NCBI GenBank assembly: GCA_038231435.1
Contig: JBBRLJ010000001.1
Span: forward strand, 32,001 to 96,000
From: Planctomycetota bacterium
GTDB lineage: Bacteria > Planctomycetota > UBA11346
Length of the DNA: 64,000 bases
Reading direction: 5' to 3'
Part shown: positions 18,397 through 28,090 of the stretch, piece after piece
Numbering within the stretch: the stretch's first letter is position 1
Layout of the letters: every line of letters begins with the position of its first letter
The notes under the pieces: generated by a model
Seen by the model: the letters and a program-made list of their open reading frames with translations, nothing else
Told to the model about the DNA's origin: nothing
The model's database searches: none
Made by a program: the position numbers and the translations under genes

Positions 18397-20328
18397 TCAC
18401 GATGGAAGCTCGCCGATGCGTGGCACCGCGGCGGTATCGTCGATCTCGGCGCCATGCAGCCCGTAGATCAGCGCCTGGAGCTCGCCTCCTATGCCGGTGA
18501 GCATCACGCTGTTGTCGTTGTCGCGGCACTCGTAGGGGATGAAGTGGGGTCCACGGGTGTACTCGCGCATCCCCTTCAGCAGGTGATCGAGGCCGACCTG
18601 CTTGTCGCCCAGGCGCATGAGGATGCATGCCTCGATCTCGGAGTTCATCAGCGGCCCGTAATACATCACCTTGCCGCGGTAGTGCTTGAAATTGCGCAGC
18701 ATCGACGCCTTGTCGCTCGCGAATCCGAGCGGGTAGTACGCGAGGATGAGGTCGGCCTGTTTGATGCCGCCACCACTGTAGCCGGCGTACTCCGGGATGA
18801 TGCCTTGGGCGTCAGCGGCGGGCAGGAACATGCCGTCGGCGACCTCTGCCCAGCGCGCGGGGGCTGTCTCGCCCACCAGGTCAGCGCAACGCCTGGCGAT
18901 CTCCATGACGCGCTTCACGCCGACATTGGTCAGGAAATTGTCGTCGCACGTGCCGGGCCCGAATTCGCATACCGCCTCGTCGGGGCCGATCACGCCGAGC
19001 AGGTGGTAGCGGCCATCGGAACCTGTCACCACCCGCGACGCGAAGAAGTCGGCGATGCCGCTGGAGAGCGGCCACGCCGTCTCACGCACGAAGCCCAGAT
19101 CCCGGGTGGCGGCATAGTACTCCCAGGCGGCGAGCGCGATCCACACATTCAGGTGCAGCTCCTGTTCGTAGTGCGGATGAGTCATGTTCATGCCGGCATC
19201 ATCGGTCATCCATCCGAACCATGCGCCCTGGTAGCCCGCCTCGCGCGCGTGGATGCGCGCGCCCTCGAGATGCTTGCGCCGGTATTCCACGATCGGCTTG
19301 GCGAGCTCCGGCCACAGCGGCAGGATCGCGCGGAACATCCATAGGTCGGCGTCCCACAGCTGGCTGCCCGACCATCCAGCCTCTGACAACCCGAGCGCAC
19401 CGAGCGGATGGGCCTCGGTGCCAAGACTGCTGAGCAGGTAGAACTGGTGCGCCATGACCATGCGTACCGCATCGCGATCCTGGTGTTCGAAGGCGAGCGC
19501 GCGCGCCCACAGTGAGCGCCAGGCCAGGGCATTGCCCTCGCGCAGCGCGGTCTCGCCGCTGTCCCGGAGGCTCTCGAGCGTGCGAGCGCAGCTGCCGCGG
19601 GCGTCCGGTCCGTCGGCGAAGCAGCCAACGGCGTGGTACAGGGTGATGGTGCCGCCGCGCGCCGCGGTGGCGCGCGTGTCGATGGAATGATCCGCGCGAC
19701 TGGTCCCATCGATCAGGAAGCCGTCGACGGACCAGCCAAGGGACTGGCTCACCGCACGGCCCTGCTTGGTGGTGTGGTAGTCGCCGTGCATCGCATCGCC
19801 CGATGATGAGAATCGCATCGCGTAGGCGTTAGCGACGTGCGCGCCGAGCAGGCCGAAGCGGACGGTCGCGGGAGCGTCCGTGGCGGAGATCGAGAGCGAC
19901 AGGCACGAACCGAGCCGATGGGTGCGTGGCACCAGCATGCGGATGGCCACGCGCGCGCGCCTTCCGGGTGCGAATTCCCAATCGTCCTCGAGTGACACCT
20001 CGCCGGTGCGCAGGTCGAGCGTCTGGGTGAGGGCATGGGTTCCGGCCGTCGGCTCGTAAGCCACGCCGCCGATGTGCAGATCGACGTGATTCCACGCCGG
20101 CAGATAGAGCTGCTGCCCGCCGTCGTAGATGCAGCGGGTGAGCGTGTGCAGGGGCTTGTCGCTCCAGCGCGCGATCACCAGCTTCTCGAAACGGCTCGCC
20201 ATCATGCCATTGCCGACGTACGGCCGATGGAAACGTGGAAAATCCGCGGCGGTGATACTCAGCTTCCAGAGCGCGGCCGCGTCGGAGGCCGGAGCGCGCG
20301 ATGCGGACATCGCTGGATTCGAGGACAT
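18397..20328 (-). CDS. Glycoside hydrolase family 65-like protein
   Basis: PYVGNG, QTLDLRTG, FYLLSS, WDADLWMF, VIGPDE, IKQADLIL. Confidence 0.85.
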   Translation of the reverse strand: MSSNPAMSASRAPASDAAALWKLSITAADFPRFHRPYVGNGMMASRFEKLVIARWSDKPLHTLTRCIYDGGQQLYLPAWNHVDLHIGGVAYEPTAGTHALTQTLDLRTGEVSLEDDWEFAPGRRARVAIRMLVPRTHRLGSCLSLSISATDAPATVRFGLLGAHVANAYAMRFSSSGDAMHGDYHTTKQGRAVSQSLGWSVDGFLIDGTSRADHSIDTRATAARGGTITLYHAVGCFADGPDARGSCARTLESLRDSGETALREGNALAWRSLWARALAFEHQDRDAVRMVMAHQFYLLSSLGTEAHPLGALGLSEAGWSGSQLWDADLWMFRAILPLWPELAKPIVEYRRKHLEGARIHAREAGYQGAWFGWMTDDAGMNMTHPHYEQELHLNVWIALAAWEYYAATRDLGFVRETAWPLSSGIADFFASRVVTGSDGRYHLLGVIGPDEAVCEFGPGTCDDNFLTNVGVKRVMEIARRCADLVGETAPARWAEVADGMFLPAADAQGIIPEYAGYSGGGIKQADLILAYYPLGFASDKASMLRNFKHYRGKVMYYGPLMNSEIEACILMRLGDKQVGLDHLLKGMREYTRGPHFIPYECRDNDNSVMLTGIGGELQALIYGLHGAEIDDTAAVPRIGELPS

Positions 20329-20381
20329 GGGCGGGCGCTCCGGCGAGGCGAAGGGTGTATGGGGGGCCGTGGTCGGTCAGA

Positions 20382-23300
20382 TCAGGGCTTGCGGGGCGCG
20401 AACACCAGATCGGGCATCTTCGCACCGTTGGCGGCGAGGATGTCGCAATAGAAGCCCCATCCGCCGCCGCCCTGGGTGATCTTCAACAGCACCTCATTCC
20501 AGCCGGCCTTGAGATCGATCTCCGGCTTGAACTGTCCGGGCGAAGCACCGTGGGCGCCATCCTCGGCGTGTACCAGCTTGCCGTTCACCCATGCCTTGTC
20601 GCCGTCGTCGGCACCGATCCACATCACCGCCTTGCGGACGTCCGGAGACTGTACGTAGGCAACGGCGTAGGCGCAGACGTTGTCGTGCGGATTGAAATGC
20701 GGGGAGAGATCGACGAAGCCGTTGCTTCCACTGGTGGCGGACTGCCACTTCTGTTCGTTGCCCATCTGGTCGCTGTAGGTCTTGGTGAAGTCCACCTTGG
20801 TTTCGGGCCCGAAATCCTTGGCGAAGTCCTTTGCGAACGGACCGATCACCGACCACGCGCGTACCGACATGTCCTGGGTGGTGGTCGCGACCAGGTTGTT
20901 GGCGCGGACGGTATACGTGGCCTTCCACGCCCCGCCGGCGAGGTCGAGGTCGGGGACGCTGAAGGTCACGGTGGCCGACTGGCCGGACGCGATGGGCCCG
21001 AACGCCTGCTCGACCGGCGGCAACGCCGTGCGGCCCGATAGTTCGACGCGCGCACTCCCGGAAACCGCCTCTTTGCTGACGTTCTTGATCGCGATCGACA
21101 GTGGCTGCGCCGTCTTGTCGAGCGCCGTGGGCGCCTGCGCCGCGAGTTCTACCGGCGAGGCCACGGTCAGGGTGAGCCAGGTCAGGCCGATCTGCTTGCC
21201 CGAGGCGTCCACCAGCGCCACGTCGATCCCGGTGGCGCCGATCGGCATGTCCTTTGGCGGCACGATCGTCACGGTCGCGGTCCCGGTCTTTCCTGCGTCG
21301 ACCTTCAGCGGCGCCTCGGCCGGCGTTGCCGACCAACCGGCCGGCAGCAGCGCCTTGATCTTGCCGTCGACGCTCTTGGCCGAGCGATTCGCCACCGATA
21401 CCGTCAGGGTCTCCTGGGCGAAAGCCGCGGTCTTCTCGGCGGAGCCAAGGCTCGCCGTCATCTCGACCGGCGACGGCGGGCCGTAGACCTCGAGCTCGCG
21501 CAGCATCAGCTTGCATGGGATGATGTTGCCCCAGGCGCGGCTCTTGTCGTCGGGGACGAAGCCGTGGGTCACGCGCCTGATCACCAGGCGCAGCTGGCTG
21601 GTCATGACCGGAGCAAAGCTGTTCACGAACAGATTGTTGTCGAGGTACCAGGTGTTGGCCTTGCTCATCTGCGACGAGGACGCCTCGCTCGCGGGGCACG
21701 GCGTGCGCACCTCCTCGATGGTCTTCCAGGCCTTCCCATCCAGATACTGCAGATCGTAGTCGAGCAGCGCGCAGAAGGCGTTGTCGGCGCGGACCCCTTG
21801 GAGCACCACCTTGTCGATCGGTCGCGCCTGGTCGAAGACGATGTCGAGATTCTTCGGGCCAGTGGCGAGATCGGCGGTCCAGATGTTCTTGCCCTCGGTG
21901 CCGCCTTGGGGATGCCCGGCGTGGACGGTCTCGAGGACGCCGTTGGTGAGCAGCTTGACGTCGTTCTCGACCGCTCCGGAATACGCGATGGTCGCGCGCG
22001 GGGCCATGTTCTTGCCGAAATCGAAGGTGGGCAGCGTGGCGTCCTGACCCTTCTTGAGGCGCAGGTAGATCGGCATCTGGCGCACGGCGACGCGGACCTT
22101 GCCGTCCTTAACCGGCATTGACTGCTCGTTGCCCATCCCATCGACGACGTCCAGTGCCGGCCCGCCGGTAACGCCGATGTCCATGGTACCGTCCAGGGCG
22201 CCGAGGTTGCGCAGCACGATCGTCGAGCCGTCGTCGCCGACGTAGCGCAGGCCGAGGTAGATGTCGTTGCCATTCTTGCCGAAGTCGATGGCGCCCTTGT
22301 ACGCGCGCCCCGTGGTCATGGCGTGACGGACGCGCAGGGCGAGGGCGGCTGGGTGCGGACCCGATCCCGACCACACGAACGACGGGCAACCACCGAAGCC
22401 ATGGTCGTTGATGTAGAAATGGTTGTTATGCTCGGGCGAGACGCCGAGGCTTTCGAGCAGGTCGCGGTGCAGGGTGGTGCGCACCGCCTGGGTCGAGCCC
22501 AGGAAATTGTCGCCGCGCACCGCGGTGATGGCGCGCTCGGTCTGCCATAGGGGCTTGTCCTTATCGCCGTTCGCCGCCATCAGCTTGCGCAGTTCGGCGA
22601 ACTTCCAGCGCCAGTGCGCGGGGTCGATGCCCTCGTGGCCTTCGTAGTCGTGGATCGAGAGGATGTCGGTGACGTCCTTGCCGCCCGCCTTGTAGAATGC
22701 CTCGTACCAGCCGATGTTGACGCCGCACACGTCCGGACCCATGACCTTGGCGGCGGGGTCGATCTCCTTGATGATCGCATACGCCTGCTTGAGAACCGCG
22801 ACGTAGTCGGCGGGATTGCCGAACGAGAAGTTCGGCTCATTCATGATCTCCCACACCTTCACCTGGCCCTTGAAGCGCGTCACCGCGGCGCGCACATTCT
22901 CGGGCGTGCAGTCGGCCTTGTCTGAGAGCTGCACGAACCATGTCGTGCCGGCGGCCTGCGAACCCTTGATCTGGCCTTCGAGCGCGTCGAACGACTCCTT
23001 GGTGTGGCTCGCGTGCAGGCGTTCGTTGAGGAGTCCGCTGAACATCTGGCGCATCGGGTCGGGCATGCCGCCTTTCGAGACGCCTTCGTCGAGCGCGACC
23101 ATGCCCGGGTAGCGGTGGGTGACGCCGAAGAACTTCGATATGCTGGAGAGCAGCTTGCCCTTTCCGGTGAACTCGCAGCTCATCAGGTACCAGCCGTACG
23201 CGGGCGGGGTGAAATCGACGTGGCTCTTGGCCTCGACCCCGTCCTCGAGCGGTACATTCACGGTGCCGTGCGCGACGTCGGCGTGGTACATGTCGTAGAT

Positions 23301-24560
23301 ATGCCAGTTCACCGACGTCTGATCGACCTGGCGCGCGGATTTCTTCAGGATGATGTCGATCGGCACTGGCTTGAGGTCGTAGGTGACCGATGACGGCGCG
23401 CCGATGACGATGTCCGGCTTCAGGCCGAGGACGAGCGTGCTCGCCTGGGTGACGCCTGAGACCCCGACCTCGAAATAGTTGGGAACGGCACGGACCAGAG
23501 CTGGAGCCGGATTGTAGTGCTTGTAGTTGGGGTTGTCCGGCGTGAATTCATGGCAGATCGCCGCCCACATCCGGTCGTGGCTGTCGACCGCGAGCGCGGT
23601 GTAACCGCTGTGCATGGACCAGGGATCCGCCCATTTGAATTCGCCAGGGCGGGTGGTCACGGTCTCGAAATCGGCGCTGAACTGCACCACGACACCCGGA
23701 TTGCCGTAAGCCATGGTGAAGATCTTGCCAGTCGAATCGACGGCGACGGTATGCAGCAGCTCGCTGCCGTCTTCGGCGCGCGTGCTCTCACCAGTGCCCA
23801 TGGTCCGCAACAGCGCGCCTTTGGAGTCGAACTTGTAGAGCTGGCTGCTGTCGGCGATGGCGTAGAGGTTGCCCGCGCGATCGGTGGCGATGTCGCTCAC
23901 GCTGGTCAGCAGGTGCGCCAGCTTCACCGGAGTGCCGAGGACGCCTTCGGAGGTGATGACATCAACCTGCTCGCCGCCCATCTTGGCCCATTTGCCGTTG
24001 ACCACCTCGTCCGCCGCCGCGACCACCGCGATCTGGCTATGGCCATCGACCGTCCACGGGGCGATGGCGTTGGCGCGCGGCAGTTTGATCAGGGAATCGG
24101 GTTTCCCATCGGGCTTGAAGCGCTGCACGATGCCCGCGTTGGTATGCGTGACGTAGATGAAACCCTTGGCGTCGACAGCGATGTGCCGCGGGTCGAGACG
24201 CTCGCCGAGGGCCTCGTCGCGAATGCTGAACTGCAGCAGTGGCTTGCCAGCGGGATCGAACTTCTGCACCCGGCAGCTGCCGACGAACGTCTTGGTCTTG
24301 TCGTCGAACCTGCCGGCCTCGAGGGTGAAGATGTTGTCTTGGGCATCGAAGGCGAGGTCGCGGAGGTCGTGGAACTGGCCCGGGCCATCGCCGGCACCGC
24401 CGAGCTCGAGGTCCGATCCGGTCGCCGCCGCGAAGGCCACGCTGGGCACGCCGCAGGCGGTCGCCAGGAGCAGCGCGCGCGCGCCGGCCGAGACCAGGCC
24501 CCGGGTACGGTTCATGCGGTCGGGTTTGGGGGCGGTGGGCATGGTGGTCATGATGGGCAT
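20382..24560 (-). CDS. Large secreted protein: NHL propeller, clan-A-like GH barrel, F5/8-type beta-sandwich, NEW3-like Ig domain and C-terminal PA14-like domain
   Basis: Signal peptide; NHL repeats (GPGQFHDLRDLAFDAQDNIF); WEIMNEPNF and LWQTE glutamate motifs; LPAGWS; GADDGDKAWVNG..LKAGWNEVLLK. Confidence 0.8.
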   Translation of the reverse strand: MPIMTTMPTAPKPDRMNRTRGLVSAGARALLLATACGVPSVAFAAATGSDLELGGAGDGPGQFHDLRDLAFDAQDNIFTLEAGRFDDKTKTFVGSCRVQKFDPAGKPLLQFSIRDEALGERLDPRHIAVDAKGFIYVTHTNAGIVQRFKPDGKPDSLIKLPRANAIAPWTVDGHSQIAVVAAADEVVNGKWAKMGGEQVDVITSEGVLGTPVKLAHLLTSVSDIATDRAGNLYAIADSSQLYKFDSKGALLRTMGTGESTRAEDGSELLHTVAVDSTGKIFTMAYGNPGVVVQFSADFETVTTRPGEFKWADPWSMHSGYTALAVDSHDRMWAAICHEFTPDNPNYKHYNPAPALVRAVPNYFEVGVSGVTQASTLVLGLKPDIVIGAPSSVTYDLKPVPIDIILKKSARQVDQTSVNWHIYDMYHADVAHGTVNVPLEDGVEAKSHVDFTPPAYGWYLMSCEFTGKGKLLSSISKFFGVTHRYPGMVALDEGVSKGGMPDPMRQMFSGLLNERLHASHTKESFDALEGQIKGSQAAGTTWFVQLSDKADCTPENVRAAVTRFKGQVKVWEIMNEPNFSFGNPADYVAVLKQAYAIIKEIDPAAKVMGPDVCGVNIGWYEAFYKAGGKDVTDILSIHDYEGHEGIDPAHWRWKFAELRKLMAANGDKDKPLWQTERAITAVRGDNFLGSTQAVRTTLHRDLLESLGVSPEHNNHFYINDHGFGGCPSFVWSGSGPHPAALALRVRHAMTTGRAYKGAIDFGKNGNDIYLGLRYVGDDGSTIVLRNLGALDGTMDIGVTGGPALDVVDGMGNEQSMPVKDGKVRVAVRQMPIYLRLKKGQDATLPTFDFGKNMAPRATIAYSGAVENDVKLLTNGVLETVHAGHPQGGTEGKNIWTADLATGPKNLDIVFDQARPIDKVVLQGVRADNAFCALLDYDLQYLDGKAWKTIEEVRTPCPASEASSSQMSKANTWYLDNNLFVNSFAPVMTSQLRLVIRRVTHGFVPDDKSRAWGNIIPCKLMLRELEVYGPPSPVEMTASLGSAEKTAAFAQETLTVSVANRSAKSVDGKIKALLPAGWSATPAEAPLKVDAGKTGTATVTIVPPKDMPIGATGIDVALVDASGKQIGLTWLTLTVASPVELAAQAPTALDKTAQPLSIAIKNVSKEAVSGSARVELSGRTALPPVEQAFGPIASGQSATVTFSVPDLDLAGGAWKATYTVRANNLVATTTQDMSVRAWSVIGPFAKDFAKDFGPETKVDFTKTYSDQMGNEQKWQSATSGSNGFVDLSPHFNPHDNVCAYAVAYVQSPDVRKAVMWIGADDGDKAWVNGKLVHAEDGAHGASPGQFKPEIDLKAGWNEVLLKITQGGGGWGFYCDILAANGAKMPDLVFAPRKP

Positions 24561-24582
24561 CCTTCAGGCGCGGCGTAAGCCA

Positions 24583-24602
24583 AGTGATTCGCTTATATAT
24601 AG
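24583..24602 (-). promoter_or_regulatory. Candidate -10-like box plus operator (copy 2)
   Basis: Minus strand reads CTATATATAAGCGAATCACT, 18/20 identical to 7304-7323, 22 nt upstream of the 24560 start. Confidence 0.55.
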
Positions 24603-24697
24603 TATGCGCAAACCTGTTCCATGTGACAATCACGGTCGCGCACCCATATCATACCACATGTCCGCGAGTGGCGGCTGAGGTGCTAGGCCACGCGAGC

Positions 24698-26320
24698 CTA
24701 CTCCTCAAGTCCTTCGGCCCACAAGGGTTGATCGAATTCCCCCTCGAGATCGTAGGTCTTCCACTGGTCCACTCCCGGTGGCGCGATGGCGCTCAGACGG
24801 ACCCGTAGCCGTGCACCCGGAACTAGACTCGCGGCTGGCTGGAGCTGGCGTTTGAGCATGACCGGGGTCTGGAAGAGCACGGTCTCCTGGTCGAAGGTGC
24901 CCGACACGACCGTGGTGACGCGCAGCTTCAGGGTGGCCAGCGCGTTCTCGTAGGTGCCGTCGGTCTCGATCGGCCCTACCGCCGGGCTGATCAGCTCGCC
25001 CTCGATCACCAGGTCGATTCCGTGGGCGGGGGTGGGCTTCGGCTTCGCGACCCTGCCAGCCGGCAGGCTGATGATCCGCCAGGCCACCGCCTCGTCGTAG
25101 AGATCGCGCGCCGACACCTCCCACACCACCACCTTGGCGTGCTCGAGCGGCGCGGGTTCGTTGGCTAGGGCCTGCCTGACGTCGGAAGCCCCGCCGCCGT
25201 TCTTGGCGATGGCGAACACTCCCTGGCCGAGACGGCGCATGAGCTGTTGCGCGAGTCCGGCCCCCTCGCCCCAGCCAAGATCGCGGCTGCTGTAGATGTT
25301 GGTGTAGCTGTCGCCGAGGAGCAGGATGGGCGCCTCGGGATCGTTGGCGATCGCCGGCGCTCCATCGACCAGCGTCTGCGTGAGCTCCGCCGTCTCCAAC
25401 GCGAAGCGACCCGGGCGTGCCGCGATCCCCAGCATGCCGAGCAGGTCGCCGGAATTCGCGATGGACCCTGCGCGAGCCACGTACGCGCGCGTGGGCATGC
25501 CCGGCACTGGATGGGGCATGAAGTCGCGCAGTTTTTCCGCCAGGCGATCCGCTGCGATACCGAGGCCTCGCTGCGACCAGTGCGTGTCGCGCGCGAGGAA
25601 CATGCGGCCGGCCTCCTTGCCAGCCCACAGATCTGGTGTGATGTCCAACGCGTCGACACCGACGGCGGCGAGGCGGCGCATGAAGATCTCGTGGTCCAGG
25701 TTCCATGCCGGTCCCGACGCCGCCGGATATCCGGCCCACACCTCCTCCGGATAGATCACCGGCTTGACCGGCACCAGCATGAATACCAGGTGGATGCCGC
25801 GTTGGTCGAGCTGGCGGCGGAAATCGGCGATCGCCTCGACCGGATCCTGCGCGGTGCCCGCGGCGATGCGACGGCGGCGTGAGGCAGCCGACTGCGCGCC
25901 CGGTCCGCAGGCGAGGTCGATCTCCTTGCGGAAGAACAAGAAGCCATCGCGGCCGACCACGATCTTTTCGGTGCCCTGGCCGAGGAGCGAGGTGACCAGA
26001 TCCTGGTAGGGGCCGCGAACCCGTTTGGCGAGCAGCGAGTCGCGCGAGAGGTCATTCTCGAAGCGCTTGAGCGATGCGGCGGTCGGGAACTCATGGAACA
26101 GCCGTGGAATGGACCATCCGCCATCGGTGGCGAGTTCGTGCAGGGACTGATGCAGCGGCGGGATGCAGATGCACAGCATGAACGCCGCCGCCATCGCCCA
26201 GGCGATCCCGCGAGATATGTGCGCGTCAGCCATCACCTCGGTGACGGGCTTGTCGTCGCCCGGCGACGGTGGATGCCCGTGGGTGCGGTCGAGCGGGGTG
26301 GGTGGTTTGATGGCGGTCAT
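24698..26320 (-). CDS. AlgJ/AlgX-family SGNH-like O-acetyltransferase with extra C-terminal beta domain
   Basis: N-terminal TM; VVGRDGFLFF, LVPVKPVIYPE, DTHWS, LLLGDSYT; directly downstream of the MBOAT gene. Confidence 0.85.
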   Translation of the reverse strand: MTAIKPPTPLDRTHGHPPSPGDDKPVTEVMADAHISRGIAWAMAAAFMLCICIPPLHQSLHELATDGGWSIPRLFHEFPTAASLKRFENDLSRDSLLAKRVRGPYQDLVTSLLGQGTEKIVVGRDGFLFFRKEIDLACGPGAQSAASRRRRIAAGTAQDPVEAIADFRRQLDQRGIHLVFMLVPVKPVIYPEEVWAGYPAASGPAWNLDHEIFMRRLAAVGVDALDITPDLWAGKEAGRMFLARDTHWSQRGLGIAADRLAEKLRDFMPHPVPGMPTRAYVARAGSIANSGDLLGMLGIAARPGRFALETAELTQTLVDGAPAIANDPEAPILLLGDSYTNIYSSRDLGWGEGAGLAQQLMRRLGQGVFAIAKNGGGASDVRQALANEPAPLEHAKVVVWEVSARDLYDEAVAWRIISLPAGRVAKPKPTPAHGIDLVIEGELISPAVGPIETDGTYENALATLKLRVTTVVSGTFDQETVLFQTPVMLKRQLQPAASLVPGARLRVRLSAIAPPGVDQWKTYDLEGEFDQPLWAEGLEE

Positions 26321-26331
26321 GCGCGTGGCTG

Positions 26332-27861
26332 TCAGAATTGGAAGTAGAGGAAGGGGTTGTAGCTCTGCGTGCTGAGCGCCACGACCGACCACAGGAACAA
26401 GGCGATGGCCGCGAACGCGCGTGGCGGCGTCACGCGCTTCGACAGATCCCAGGTCTGCACCCCGAAGAAGGCGATGCCCGCCGCGATCGCCATCCACGCC
26501 AGGTGGTCTGGCGAGAACAGCACCGAGCGGGTCAGCAGCGCGGTCGCTTGGAGCGGTCCGTTCAGCCCGAACATCCAGCCGAGGTAGTCGATCGCCGCCG
26601 GCAGATCCTTGGCGCGGAAGAACACCCAGGCGAGATTGACGATCACGAAGGTGACAGCGACCCGCGCGACGGTCGGCGCGCGCGCATAGAAGCTCTCCTT
26701 GCCCTGGGTACGCTCGAAGGCCAGCCACGCGCCGTGGATGCCGCCCCAGATCAGGAAGTTCCACGATGCCCCGTGCCAGAATCCGCCGAGCAGCATCACC
26801 GTCAGCAGGTTGGCGTAGGTGCGGCCGACGCCGAGACGGTTCCCACCGAGCGGGATGTACAGGTAGTCGCGCAGCCAGGTCGACAGCGAGATGTGCCAGC
26901 GCCGCCAAAATTCGGTGATGCTTCGGGATTTGTAGGGCGAGTCGAAGTTCTTATTGAACTCGAACCCGAGCATCAGCGCCAGGCCGATGGCCATGTCCGA
27001 GTAGCCAGAGAAGTCGAAATAGATCTGGAACGCATAGCCGAACAGCCCGTACCAGGCGTCGGCGCAGTGCAGCTGGCCGCCCATGAACGCGGCATCGGCG
27101 ATCTCGCCCATCGGGTTGGCGATGAGGATCTTCTTCCCCAGCCCGAGCGAGAAGAAGAACACGCCGCGCGAGAATTTCTCGATCGTATGCGTGCGCCGGT
27201 GCAGCTGCCGCTCCATGTCCTGGTAGCGGATGATGGGGCCCGCGACCAAATGCGGGAACTGGGTGATATAGCAGGCGAACGCGTTGAGCGCGCGTGCCTC
27301 GCGCCACAGTTTTGCGCGCATGGTCGCGGCGACACTGCCGCGGGCGCGATCGATGGCGTCGATCCACGCGCTCGCCGGCTTGGCGAGGCCGGTGTAGATG
27401 TCGAGATTGTAGCTGATCGACTCGAAGGTGTAGAACGAGATGCCCGCGGGCAGCAGAATCGACATGACCTGGAACCCGTCCCTGCCGAACACCGCAAGCA
27501 GGCGGTTCACGTTCTCCTCTGCGAACATGACGTACTTGAAGAAGAACAGCATGCCGATGTTGCTGATCAGCGAGACCGTCAGGAACAGCTTGCGCTGGAC
27601 GGTGCCCGCGCGCGGCGCGCCGTCGGGCCCAATTCCCAGCGGTCCGATCAGGCGCCAGTGGCCGTGGATGAGGTTGCCGCAGGTGAAGTCGACGATCGTC
27701 GACCACATGATCAGCAGGATGAACCAGGGGTTGGTCCAGCCGTAGAACACGTAACTCGCCGCGGTGAGCACCGGCATGCGCATGGCGCGCGGCGACGAGT
27801 AGTACGCCAGCAGCGTCAGCGGCAGGAAGTAGAAGATGAAGATGTGCGAGCTGAAGACCAT
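26332..27861 (-). CDS. MBOAT O-acyltransferase, AlgI/DltB-like
   Basis: MVFSSHIFIFYFLP, LPAGISFYTF, FPHLVAGPIIR, QIYFDFSGYSDMAIG, EFWRRWHISLSTWLRDYLYIPLGG, GFWHGASWNF, NPFLYFQF. Confidence 0.95.
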   Translation of the reverse strand: MVFSSHIFIFYFLPLTLLAYYSSPRAMRMPVLTAASYVFYGWTNPWFILLIMWSTIVDFTCGNLIHGHWRLIGPLGIGPDGAPRAGTVQRKLFLTVSLISNIGMLFFFKYVMFAEENVNRLLAVFGRDGFQVMSILLPAGISFYTFESISYNLDIYTGLAKPASAWIDAIDRARGSVAATMRAKLWREARALNAFACYITQFPHLVAGPIIRYQDMERQLHRRTHTIEKFSRGVFFFSLGLGKKILIANPMGEIADAAFMGGQLHCADAWYGLFGYAFQIYFDFSGYSDMAIGLALMLGFEFNKNFDSPYKSRSITEFWRRWHISLSTWLRDYLYIPLGGNRLGVGRTYANLLTVMLLGGFWHGASWNFLIWGGIHGAWLAFERTQGKESFYARAPTVARVAVTFVIVNLAWVFFRAKDLPAAIDYLGWMFGLNGPLQATALLTRSVLFSPDHLAWMAIAAGIAFFGVQTWDLSKRVTPPRAFAAIALFLWSVVALSTQSYNPFLYFQF

Positions 27862-27871
27862 CAGGCTTTCG

Positions 27872-27895
27872 GTTGGGGGGCTACGGCCCCCCAAC
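27872..27895. repeat. Perfect GC-rich hairpin (10-bp stem, 4-nt loop)
   Basis: GTTGGGGGGC-TACG-GCCCCCCAAC, 10 nt upstream of the MBOAT start codon. Confidence 0.7.
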
Positions 27896-28090
27896 ATCGC
27901 GCTCCGCGCTGCCCCCCGAGCAGCCAGAGGTGGAGAAGCGTGGATATCGGTGATGGGCCTTGCGCGGCGTCCTCTTCAGCTTCTGCAACAGCACCTCTGT
28001 CAGCAGGACATCTGTCAGGCAGGCTCGACGTCCGCTCCACGCATGGTCCTCTCGTTCATCCGGTCTGGAAGTGCGCGACTGCGACCATGC

